Assembly: GCA_041742135.1 (NCBI GenBank)
Contig: JBGSJG010000001.1
Location: 3,151 to 67,150 of the forward strand
Direction: 5' to 3'
From: Patescibacteria group bacterium
GTDB taxonomy: Bacteria > Patescibacteriota > Microgenomatia > UBA8517
Length of the DNA stretch: 64,000 nucleotides
Shown here: in pieces, positions 9,177 through 17,517 of the stretch
Layout of the letters: every line of letters starts with the position of its first letter
Position numbering within the stretch: position 1 is the first letter of the stretch
The notes under the pieces: model-generated
The model's input: the letters and a program-made list of their open reading frames with translations, nothing else
The model's database searches: none
What the model was told of the DNA's origin: nothing
Made by a program: the position numbers and the translations under genes

Positions 9177-9230
9177 AATATTAGATCGGCTAACTGGCAA
9201 GCTGTGCTTACCATTAGACGATCCCGCAAT
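9158..9230. repeat. direct repeat: ~22-bp copy of the tRNA-Gln 5' end (taccattagacgatcccgcaat) duplicated 51 bp away
   Basis: Identical 22-mer at 9158-9179 (inside tRNA) and 9209-9230; second copy does not continue into a tRNA. Confidence 0.7.
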
Positions 9231-9326
9231 GTGAGGCAATTTTATCACAATCGCAACCCCATTCAGGAATCACCTGGCAAAATAGAGCTTCAAATAGCCT
9301 AGCTTGCGGCATTCTCACCCCTATCG

Positions 9327-9533
9327 CTAAGATGCTTTTAGCAATTCAGGTTTATCTCCCTGACCATCAGCTGGTTGAGTTCTCTCGACCAGTGGCTGTT
9401 CAACCTGCACTCGACTAGGATACGAAGGCTCTCTCCTTCCACGGTAATTACTCATCCCAGGCAAGGTTATGTGCATAGTGTAAAGCAGCCTTTCGCTCAC
9501 GTCTTGAAAATACGACCCTCTTTCAACACTCAT
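9327..9533 (-). CDS. hypothetical 68-aa sORF within GC-rich non-coding stretch (may be non-coding)
   Basis: ATG preceded by AAAGGGGGTGAG Shine-Dalgarno-like run immediately after a terminator; no recognisable family. Confidence 0.2.
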   Translation of the reverse strand: MSVERGSYFQDVSERLLYTMHITLPGMSNYRGRREPSYPSRVQVEQPLVERTQPADGQGDKPELLKAS

Positions 9534-9553
9534 TCATCTCACCCCCTTTCCAT

Positions 9554-9577
9554 AAAAAAAGAGCCCTTTTGGGGCTC
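9554..9577 (-). terminator. rho-independent terminator (minus strand) downstream of DUF4258 gene
   Basis: Minus-strand GAGCCCCAAAAGGGCTC hairpin followed by TTTTTTT (plus strand shows aaaaaaa-gagccc-tttt-ggggctc). Confidence 0.6.
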
Positions 9578-9670
9578 AATACCTTATGTCTTATAAACCT
9601 ACAATCAGGTGGTGAAATTACAATCTTGAACCAGTTTATACCTGAAGGCGCCAAACAGCTGTAACGGCCG

Positions 9671-9913
9671 TTACAAGGCTCGGTTCCAGACCGAGAGGAT
9701 CAACCACTGTTTTTTTTCGTTTTGCTTAGCCACTACTTCAATCAATTGACTACCAATTTTTTTCTTATACACCCACGCTCCTTTGTTGGCTGCAAAATTT
9801 GATTCATCTGGAGAATACCATGTAGCCCAAGCATCACTTTGAGAAACACCCCGCTCAACTAAACGCTTAAGCGCGTGGTTTGTCCAAATCGTCCCTTTGA
9901 AGTCTTGCATCAA
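9671..9913 (-). CDS. DUF4258-family toxin-like small protein
   Basis: HALKRLVERGVSQSDA... and C-terminal ILSVWNR resemble DUF4258 (H-A-x-x-R-M-x-E-R-G-I ... V-V-T-V-Y-W) architecture. Confidence 0.5.
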   Translation of the reverse strand: MMQDFKGTIWTNHALKRLVERGVSQSDAWATWYSPDESNFAANKGAWVYKKKIGSQLIEVVAKQNEKKQWLILSVWNRAL

Positions 9914-10223
9914 ACATTTCCAAAATTTCTCGGCCCACTAAATAAATTTCATGCTTAATAAATTCCTCAACGTCATCACTCACACGCTCGCGGATGAAAT
10001 CCAAAATTGTTTCATCGTGAGCACGCGTTGCTACGTGATCAATAAATTCCTTGTGGTGCTCGCCCGGCAAGCGCTCCAAGATACAACCCACAACCCTGTG
10101 ATGGACAATTTCGTCAATTAGGCGATAAATTTCACCACGAGCCTCTTGGTCTTTAACGTTCTTTTTGATGAGTGCCTCAAGCTCGGACAAGTCCAGAAGA
10201 TGATCATAAAAGAGCTTAGACAT
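9867..10223 (-). CDS. hypothetical acidic protein, 47-nt overlap with downstream DUF4258 gene (possible antitoxin/partner)
   Basis: ORF only; overlaps toxin-like gene in different frame. Confidence 0.35.
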   Translation of the reverse strand: MSKLFYDHLLDLSELEALIKKNVKDQEARGEIYRLIDEIVHHRVVGCILERLPGEHHKEFIDHVATRAHDETILDFIRERVSDDVEEFIKHEIYLVGREILEMFDARLQRDDLDKPRA

Positions 10224-10243
10224 GATACGTACTTATTGAATCA

Positions 10244-11179
10244 TTATACATCGTTATAGCTAACTGGGCCAAGAGGTATTTTGTTCTCGGCATCATCCAC
10301 AAAAAACAAAATCACTGGTCCTTTTTTATACCTTGGGCCTCCCAGATAATCCATAACCTCCGGGCTTCCACCGAAATGTTTGCCAGTCCATGCTGCAGGA
10401 CCTGAATCAGCAATCGCAGCTACTACAGCCTTGCCATTATCGGTATTTACAATAATAACCTTTCGATATTTATACCAATCACGTAGATAACGAAAGCGAG
10501 TGTTCCAATCTGGAAGATAAAGTGTTTGAACGACCGCGTACCAACGCTCAGTTTCTTCCAAGTCAGGAGTTAGGGCCTCTTGGCTGGGTGCAAAATACCC
10601 CCAAGCTCCCAAGCCCGGAGCGATTCCTTCTTTGAGTATCTCCTCTGGGTCTTCCCCACCGTAATCTGTCGTTTCAGGTTTTTGGGCCGCCAACGTATCT
10701 CCAGGGTAACGGCGCAAATGCTGCTCGGCACCTATTCTGCCGTACGTTTGGTTTAAGTGCTCGCCTTCTAAAGTGGCACGTACTGGAATGCCCGTAAGCT
10801 CACTAATTATTTTTTCCAAATATTTTTCTTCAGTTTCGCTTAAAGGCCTAACTTGCTCCGGTAAAATTTTATGTAAAGCTTCTCTCAAAGACACCGCCCG
10901 GCTCACAGGTGGAAGGTTACTTTTGGCTTTTTCAATTACCTCGTGAGGTGGAGGCAAAAGCGCAAGGGACAAGTTTGGCGAAGAAAGCGCTAAACTACCA
11001 GCCAGTGCTCCGGCCGAAATAAGTTTTGTCGAGTGCTCACGGATTTTTGACAAATCAATCCCTTTTGAGATTAAAAACTGATTGGCATCATGGTATTTAT
11101 CCGAAAAATCCTTTTTAGTCTGAAGGTGTTTTAGTTTTAGTTTGTTACGAAGATCTTCGTGATCAAAGACAGGTTTCAT
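10244..11179 (-). CDS. RlpA-like double-psi beta-barrel (DPBB/3D-like) domain protein, probable cell-wall lytic transglycosylase-related
   Basis: C-terminal KVIIVNTDNGKAVVAAIADSGP...GKHFGGSPEVMDYLG resembles RlpA VxVtNlxNGrsvvvRINDRGP...DLSxaA; start moved to MKPVF (11179) to abut gltX stop. Confidence 0.45.
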   Translation of the reverse strand: MKPVFDHEDLRNKLKLKHLQTKKDFSDKYHDANQFLISKGIDLSKIREHSTKLISAGALAGSLALSSPNLSLALLPPPHEVIEKAKSNLPPVSRAVSLREALHKILPEQVRPLSETEEKYLEKIISELTGIPVRATLEGEHLNQTYGRIGAEQHLRRYPGDTLAAQKPETTDYGGEDPEEILKEGIAPGLGAWGYFAPSQEALTPDLEETERWYAVVQTLYLPDWNTRFRYLRDWYKYRKVIIVNTDNGKAVVAAIADSGPAAWTGKHFGGSPEVMDYLGGPRYKKGPVILFFVDDAENKIPLGPVSYNDV

Positions 11180-11180
11180 T

Positions 11181-12629
11181 CTACCTTTTATTGTACACCG
11201 AAAGGGCATCGGTGAGACGCGTAAGCGTCACGTCTTTGCCTAAAATCTCCATTGATTCGTTAATCGGCGGAGTGCTACGGCTTCCGGCAATTGAGCATCG
11301 CAAGTCCATATAAAAATCGCCAGTTTTAAAATTATTCTCGCCAATTAAATTCGTTAGCTGGCTATTTATGGTTTCCAAATTCCAATCGTTAGTTTTCTCC
11401 AAAGCTTCTAAAGCTTTTGTGACATGCTCTTTATACTTATCAGTCAAGTCGAAAATTGGTTCTTTTTGTTTGTAAAAATATTCAAGATATTCTCCCAATT
11501 CAGATAGTTTTTTAACTCTGGTTTTGACCAAAGGCACAATTTTGTGAAGTATTTCATCTGAGATTTCTTTTGAAACAAATGGTCTAGCCGACACGAAAAA
11601 ATCCTCATCTGAAAGCTTTTGGAGATATTGACTATTAAACCAATCAAGCTTGGCAGCATTAAAAGTTGGGTTTGCTTTTTGTACACCGTTTTGGTCAAAC
11701 GCCGCAACGAATTCAGAAAGCGTAAAAAGCTCTTGATTATCCTTCGGAGCCCAGCCTAAAAGCATGAGGTAATTTAATATCGCGGCTGGTAAATAGCCTT
11801 GCGAAGTCCAAGTATTGACCCCAAAAAGAGCAGTCATGTCGCGCTTGCTGAACTTTTTACCAGTTCTTGGGTCAAGAATCACACTGAAGTGGCCAATGTT
11901 TGGGACAGATTCTCCGAGTCCTTCGTAAACATGCAAGTGAATCGGGGTTGAGGAAATCCATTCTTGGCCCCGAAACACATGTGATATTTTCATCGCGACA
12001 TCATCAACCACCACAGCAAGATGGTATGTAGGAAAACCGTCTGACTTAAGAAGGATCATGTCGGGAACTTCTTTGCCAAAAAATTTAACTTTCTTTTTTA
12101 ATATCCAATCTTCGTACTCAAACACACGATCTTCAGGAATTTTTGCACGGACAACATAAGGCTCTCCATTTTTAACCCTTTCCAATGCGGCTTCAGGGCG
12201 CTCGTCTCGAGCTTTGGGCCGGATTTTTAGTTCTTTGAGTTTTTCATCCGAATCATAAGCGGCCTTAATTTCTTCTTTTTCCCTTTGTGGTGCTTCAAAG
12301 TCATAATAAGCATAGCCATTTTCCACGAGCTTGCGAGCTGCCTCTTGGTAAAGCGTGAGCCTTTCCGATTGCCTGTACGGAGCGTATGGACCACCTTTGT
12401 CTGGGCCTTCATCCCAATCAATCCCAAAACTTCTTAGCACCTTAAATATTTCGGCTTCGGTGTCCGCTCTTGAGCGTTTCTGGTCCGTGTCTTCAATACG
12501 AAGCACAAATTGGCCACCATTTTTTTTGGCATATGCATAATTCCACAGTGCTCTAATCACAAAACCCAGGTGAATGCTTTCTGGTGTTCCTGTTGGTGAG
12601 GGTGCAAAACGAGTTCTGACATCTGCCAT
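11181..12629 (-). CDS. gltX: glutamyl-tRNA synthetase
   Basis: RFAPSPTGTPESIHLGF (HIGH-class motif), VLRIEDTDQKRS, KFSKRD (KMSKS). Confidence 0.9.
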   Translation of the reverse strand: MADVRTRFAPSPTGTPESIHLGFVIRALWNYAYAKKNGGQFVLRIEDTDQKRSRADTEAEIFKVLRSFGIDWDEGPDKGGPYAPYRQSERLTLYQEAARKLVENGYAYYDFEAPQREKEEIKAAYDSDEKLKELKIRPKARDERPEAALERVKNGEPYVVRAKIPEDRVFEYEDWILKKKVKFFGKEVPDMILLKSDGFPTYHLAVVVDDVAMKISHVFRGQEWISSTPIHLHVYEGLGESVPNIGHFSVILDPRTGKKFSKRDMTALFGVNTWTSQGYLPAAILNYLMLLGWAPKDNQELFTLSEFVAAFDQNGVQKANPTFNAAKLDWFNSQYLQKLSDEDFFVSARPFVSKEISDEILHKIVPLVKTRVKKLSELGEYLEYFYKQKEPIFDLTDKYKEHVTKALEALEKTNDWNLETINSQLTNLIGENNFKTGDFYMDLRCSIAGSRSTPPINESMEILGKDVTLTRLTDALSVYNKR

Positions 12630-12667
12630 TTGCTAGAATTTTAGCATACCTTTATACTCGAAGGTGT

Positions 12668-13744
12668 ATGGCACAATCACTTACCTTAATCGCAATTAAA
12701 GCGCGGCAAGTAATCAAATATGGAATAGTGGCATTTTTTGCCATTATCTTCGGCCGCCTTCTGATTATTTTTCTAATTAACGCTTATAACACTTTGGTCC
12801 CAAAGCCACCTCCTCCTCCAACAGTAGGATTTAATCGTTTGGCGGTTTTGCCCTTTCCTGAGCAGACATCAGAGCTTCCTGCTATCCAATATACGGTGAA
12901 TACACCCGACGGTAATTTGCCCAAATACCCCGGACAAATCAATGTTTATTACATGCCTCAAAAAACTGCTAACTTGTTTTCTTTTGATCGAATGAAAACC
13001 TTGGCCGCCTCGTTTGGCTTTACTGGAGCTCCGCTACAAATATCAGAAACACAATATTCCTTTAACCATCCTAAAGTTTCTTCGACCTTTAAGGCTGATC
13101 TTATATACGAGTCTTTCTCGTTGGCATTTAACTTGGCCGAGGACACCAGCCCTCTAAGCCAACGCGCGCCAGATGTTTCCTCTGCTACTGGGACAGTTAC
13201 CTCGGCACTTGTAGCCGCACAGAGTAAGCCTGAAGATCTCTCAGGGCCTGTTACCCACGAATATCTTCGAGCAGAAGGCCAAAGCCTGGTGACAGCACTT
13301 TCGCTTTCAGATGCACAATTAACCAAAATTAATCTTCACCGCGCGCCGGTAATAATCAACGAGGTTGAATATCCCAGTGTTACTGCCGACACTAAAGAAG
13401 CTAATGTTTGGTTTATAGTAAGTGGAAGTGCGGATCGCCAAAAGAAGCTTATCGCTGGTGAATATCATTATTTTCCAATTGATTACACACGAGTCGAAAC
13501 CTATCCTATCAAAAACACCTCTGAGGCTCTAGAGCAGCTTCGTGCTGGAGGTGGCTATATCGCTAATTTGGGGCTTAATCCCGAGGGCGAAATTACAATA
13601 AGATCAATTCGCTTGGCGTACTACGACCCAGCAGTACCATATCTTTTCTATCAACCAGTTTACTCTTTTGAAGGCGATGACGGTTTTGTAGCTTATGTTC
13701 CCGCTGTCACAAGCGAGTATTACGGAGAAGAAACTTCAGAATAA
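12668..13744 (+). CDS. hypothetical membrane-anchored protein (N-terminal TM helix, Pro-rich linker)
   Basis: Hydrophobic N-terminus GIVAFFAIIFGRLLIIFLI followed by PKPPPPPT linker; no family recognised. Confidence 0.4.
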   Translation: MAQSLTLIAIKARQVIKYGIVAFFAIIFGRLLIIFLINAYNTLVPKPPPPPTVGFNRLAVLPFPEQTSELPAIQYTVNTPDGNLPKYPGQINVYYMPQKTANLFSFDRMKTLAASFGFTGAPLQISETQYSFNHPKVSSTFKADLIYESFSLAFNLAEDTSPLSQRAPDVSSATGTVTSALVAAQSKPEDLSGPVTHEYLRAEGQSLVTALSLSDAQLTKINLHRAPVIINEVEYPSVTADTKEANVWFIVSGSADRQKKLIAGEYHYFPIDYTRVETYPIKNTSEALEQLRAGGGYIANLGLNPEGEITIRSIRLAYYDPAVPYLFYQPVYSFEGDDGFVAYVPAVTSEYYGEETSE

Positions 13745-14649
13745 TCAAGCTCTTTCCACTCGAAATTGGTAAAAATCCACTCTAAAAGCTCCTGGCTTTC
13801 TCCAAAGCGGTCTTGGCTTCCCATAAGTGCAATCATCACACGCCTGCCATCACGGTTTGCGTAAGTTACCAAATTTTCACGAGCTTCAGGAGTCCAACCG
13901 GTTTTTACTCCCAGCACGCCAGGCACCTCCCCAAGCAGTTCGTTTCGGTTGGTCATGTGGTGTAAAATCGTTCCGTCTTCATTTTTAGCCACATATTCTT
14001 TTGTGCCTACAATATTGGCAAAGTCTCGCTCAAGCATCGCCTGCGACGCGATTCTTGCCAAGTCTTTTGGGGTAATTTCCTGGCCAGAATCATCAAGTCC
14101 TGAAGGATTTTCAAAATTAGTGGCGTAAGCGTGAAGCTCACGAGCTTTACTATTCATCGCGGCCACAAAGGCACTTTTGCCACCCGGATAACTATTTGCC
14201 AAAACCTCGGCCGCATCGTTAGCTGAGTGAACTAGAAGGCCATACACCAAGTCACGCGCAGATATGTTTTCGTTCCAAGACAGCCCCATTTGAGACCCGG
14301 TAGCTTTGAATACTCCGGTGTTGACTATCTGATCAAGATCGTAATAATCCAAAGCAACAAGCGCTGTAACTATTTTTGTCGTTGATGCCGGGAAAAAAGG
14401 TGACTGGGCATTTTTCTCATAAAAAACCACACCAGAATCAAGGTCGTAGGCATAAACTCCTTGTGCGGAAAGAACTGGAAAAGAGCTCGAGTCCATAAGG
14501 ACGGGAAGCTTACTTACGTTGTAAGTTTTGGCACGAGTTACATATACTGGTGGCTTTTTTGTAAGCGTTAAGCCAAAGGTCGTTACAAACAAAAGCGAAC
14601 AAGCGCTTATAGGAAGTATTCTGGCCTTTATAAATTCAAGCAGTTTCAC
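13720..14649 (-). CDS. D-alanyl-D-alanine carboxypeptidase (S11 serine peptidase, PBP5/DacA-like)
   Basis: SxxK (PASTTK), SxN (HSAND) and KTG (VKTGWT) motifs in order. Confidence 0.8.
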   Translation of the reverse strand: MKLLEFIKARILPISACSLLFVTTFGLTLTKKPPVYVTRAKTYNVSKLPVLMDSSSFPVLSAQGVYAYDLDSGVVFYEKNAQSPFFPASTTKIVTALVALDYYDLDQIVNTGVFKATGSQMGLSWNENISARDLVYGLLVHSANDAAEVLANSYPGGKSAFVAAMNSKARELHAYATNFENPSGLDDSGQEITPKDLARIASQAMLERDFANIVGTKEYVAKNEDGTILHHMTNRNELLGEVPGVLGVKTGWTPEARENLVTYANRDGRRVMIALMGSQDRFGESQELLEWIFTNFEWKELDYSEVSSP

Positions 14650-16049
14650 TGGGCTTTTTTTACCACTTTTAGCCCTAACTCATCAAGTTGCTCCTTTGAA
14701 GTCGAAGCCGGAGCATCCATTACTGCAGTCCTACCTGTCGAAGTCATTGGGAAGGCTATTGCTTCTTTAAGTGATGATTCGCCAGACAGAAGCATCACTA
14801 GCCTATCGAGCCCCAAAGCAATACCTCCATGCGGTGGGGCACCGTAGCTTAAAGCCTCGATCATATAACCAACACTTTTCTCAGTCTCTTCATCTGAATA
14901 ACCCATGATACGATAAGTAGCCTTAAGGCCTTCAGGTGTGTGCGCCCTTATGCTGCCTCCTCCAACCTCGTAACCATTGCAAACTAGATCGTACTGCGAG
15001 GTCAAAATCTGTTCTATATTCTCTCCTTTAAGGTGCCATTCCTTGTGTTCTGGCTTTGGGCTACTGAAAGGATTGTGGGTAAATGTCCAACCGCTTTTTC
15101 CATCCCTTACTTCAGCCGCGTCACTCTTGTCCACCTTTTTGAAAAAAGGGAAGTCGACAACCCAAGCAAAAGCGAGAGTGCCATCGCTTTTTTCTTCTTC
15201 ACTTCTTAAATCGAACTTATCCGCACCAAATTTCTCCATCGCCTCGCTGTATGTAAAAACTGGGAAATTTTCTTTTTGAAGCCTGCTTCCAACTTTCTTA
15301 ACTGCCTCTTTAACAACACCTTCTACAGTCGACATCACTTCGTCTCTGTCAACAAAGCTCATTTCTAAATCCAACTGTGTGAATTCAAAACCACGATCAG
15401 CTCTCAAGTCCTCATCTCGAAAACATTTGGCAAATTGAAAATAATTTTCAATTCCGCCAACCATCAGCAACTGTTTATATTGTTGTGGAGATTGCGGCAA
15501 GGCATAAAATTTCCCGGGTTGAAAACGGGAAGGAACAAGAAAGTCTCGCGCGCCTTCCATTGTAGCCTTGGACAAAACTGGCGTTTCCACTTCACAGAAA
15601 TCACGGCTAACCAATGATTGCCTAAGTTCGTGAACAAATTTGCTTCTAAATCTCATGATTTTCGCGAAACGTTCACGTCTCATGTCAAGGTATCTATATT
15701 TCAGACGGTGCTCTTCGTTGATATCCAAACCGTTTCCTTGTATTTGAATGGGGAGCTCTGGTGCTTCAGCCAAAATATTTAGTGATTCAATTTGAATTTC
15801 AATGATACCGGTGTCTAAATCAGGATTTATTAATTTTTCAGGACGCTTAGCAACTTTTCCTGAAATCTCAATGATGCTTTCCACGCTGACTTTTGATAAA
15901 TTCTGGCCAACACATTGAACTACACTCGTACGGTCCCTCAGGTCAATAAATGTTATTTTTCCGTGATCGCGGACTGAGCTGACCCAGCCACGAAGAAGGA
16001 CTTCTTCTCCAATTTTACCTACTGTCTCGCCAATTAGTGTTCTGTCCAT
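14646..16049 (-). CDS. aspS: aspartyl-tRNA synthetase, short (archaeal/non-GAD-insert) form
   Basis: N-terminal OB fold, QSPQQYKQLLMVGG and FRDEDLRADRGFEFTQLD class-II motif 2 diagnostic of AspRS; 467 aa lacks bacterial GAD insertion. Confidence 0.85.
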   Translation of the reverse strand: MDRTLIGETVGKIGEEVLLRGWVSSVRDHGKITFIDLRDRTSVVQCVGQNLSKVSVESIIEISGKVAKRPEKLINPDLDTGIIEIQIESLNILAEAPELPIQIQGNGLDINEEHRLKYRYLDMRRERFAKIMRFRSKFVHELRQSLVSRDFCEVETPVLSKATMEGARDFLVPSRFQPGKFYALPQSPQQYKQLLMVGGIENYFQFAKCFRDEDLRADRGFEFTQLDLEMSFVDRDEVMSTVEGVVKEAVKKVGSRLQKENFPVFTYSEAMEKFGADKFDLRSEEEKSDGTLAFAWVVDFPFFKKVDKSDAAEVRDGKSGWTFTHNPFSSPKPEHKEWHLKGENIEQILTSQYDLVCNGYEVGGGSIRAHTPEGLKATYRIMGYSDEETEKSVGYMIEALSYGAPPHGGIALGLDRLVMLLSGESSLKEAIAFPMTSTGRTAVMDAPASTSKEQLDELGLKVVKKAQ

Positions 16050-16071
16050 TGAGCTTGATTGTACCGCGCTT

Positions 16072-17514
16072 CTAGCCTTTCCTCAACTGCTTATTTATTT
16101 CGCGTTTCGCGGCTGAAGTCACAACAAAGTCTAGCCAGTCTCGATTTAGAGGCTTTTTGGTTTTTGATTTAACAATCTCCACGATGTCGCCACCGTTTAA
16201 TTTATAACTTAGAGGCACCATTTTTCCATTAACCTTGGCTGCAGAAATATAATCCGGCAAATCGGTGTGAACGCTAAAAGCATAATCCACAGGTGTTGCG
16301 CCGCTTGGTAGATCATACACATCGCCTTTCGGAGAGAAGACGAAGTTGCGATTATTCAAAGCATCAAATTTAACAGCTTCCAAAAATTCTTTTGAATCTG
16401 TGATTTCATTTTGCCAATCAACTAACTGCTTAACCCAAGACAATTTTGAGTCAACTCGCACGCCATGCTTCTCTAATTTTTTGTCCGAAGCGCCGGCACT
16501 TTTTGCGTTAGCATATGCCCAATGCGCTGCTACGCCATGCTCTGCCTGATCGTGCATCCCCTGTGTCCTGATTTGTACTTCAACAATCCTCCCGTGAGGA
16601 CCAAATACTTTTGTATGAATTGACTGGTAGCCATTCGGTTTAGGTTGCGCTATAAAATCGGAAATGCCAAAAGCAGGACTCGGACGAAATTCCGAGTGAA
16701 CAATCCCGAGGGCACTATAGCAATCGGAAACGCTCTCAACTAAAATCCTAAGAGCCATAATGTCGTGGATTCGATCCAAATCCCCTGCAATTTCAGGCCT
16801 GTTTAGCTTTTTCCACAAGGAATACAGCCCTTTTTTTCGGCCAAAAACTTTGGCACGTATGCCCTGTTGGCCAAGCTTGCCTAAAATTACGTGGCGCATT
16901 TTTTTAATGTCATTTAAGGTCGCTGCATAATAAGACTTACTATCTTTTTTTAGTTTTTTATAATCGCTGGGGAACAGGTACATAAAGGCCAAATCGCTCA
17001 GCTCTTCACTTGCCGTACCCATTCCAAGTCGATCCGCCAAAGGGGCATAAACTTCCAGAGTTTCTTTTGCTATGCGCTTTATTTTGTCTTTTGGAAGCGG
17101 CCAGAGTGTTCGCATGTTGTGAAGCCTATCTGCGATTTTAATTATTACCACTCGAATATCGCGTGCCATAAACAAAACCATCTTGCGTAGGTTCTCGACA
17201 AAGTGCTCTTCTGTTCCCTTTTGCCAACGGATAGTAGCAACGCGTGTTACACCATCAACCAGATTTGCAACATCTTCTCCAAAAAGTTCAACCAAATCCT
17301 CGCGTTTCGCGCCCCCGTCCTCGATTGTGTCGTGAAGTAGACCTGCGATAATTGAATCCTCATCAAGGTTCCAAGCAGCTAAGATGCGTGATACTTCGAT
17401 GGCATGGTTTATATAGTCTTCGCCGGTTTTTCGCTTTTGCCCGGTGTGTGCTAAAGTCGCAAACTCCAACGCTTTCGTAATTCTTTTGCTTTCTTTGTAA
17501 CTTGTTTCATCCAT
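16072..17514 (-). CDS. rel: (p)ppGpp synthetase/hydrolase RelA/SpoT homolog, C-terminally reduced
   Basis: HD hydrolase motif GLLHDTIED, synthetase region RILVESVSDCYSALGIVH, TGS-like C-terminus; only 480 aa. Confidence 0.8.
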   Translation of the reverse strand: MDETSYKESKRITKALEFATLAHTGQKRKTGEDYINHAIEVSRILAAWNLDEDSIIAGLLHDTIEDGGAKREDLVELFGEDVANLVDGVTRVATIRWQKGTEEHFVENLRKMVLFMARDIRVVIIKIADRLHNMRTLWPLPKDKIKRIAKETLEVYAPLADRLGMGTASEELSDLAFMYLFPSDYKKLKKDSKSYYAATLNDIKKMRHVILGKLGQQGIRAKVFGRKKGLYSLWKKLNRPEIAGDLDRIHDIMALRILVESVSDCYSALGIVHSEFRPSPAFGISDFIAQPKPNGYQSIHTKVFGPHGRIVEVQIRTQGMHDQAEHGVAAHWAYANAKSAGASDKKLEKHGVRVDSKLSWVKQLVDWQNEITDSKEFLEAVKFDALNNRNFVFSPKGDVYDLPSGATPVDYAFSVHTDLPDYISAAKVNGKMVPLSYKLNGGDIVEIVKSKTKKPLNRDWLDFVVTSAAKREINKQLRKG

Positions 17515-17517
17515 ATT

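Noticed and set aside
9240-9553. Considered as tmRNA, 4.5S SRP RNA or a second RNase P
   Set aside because: No GGGG...UUCGAC 5' end or tRNA-like GGUUCGA-type 3' end for tmRNA. No clean GGUCCGGAAGGAAGCAGCC motif for SRP. RNase P is already located at 27661-27992. Kept only as an unassigned candidate structured region.
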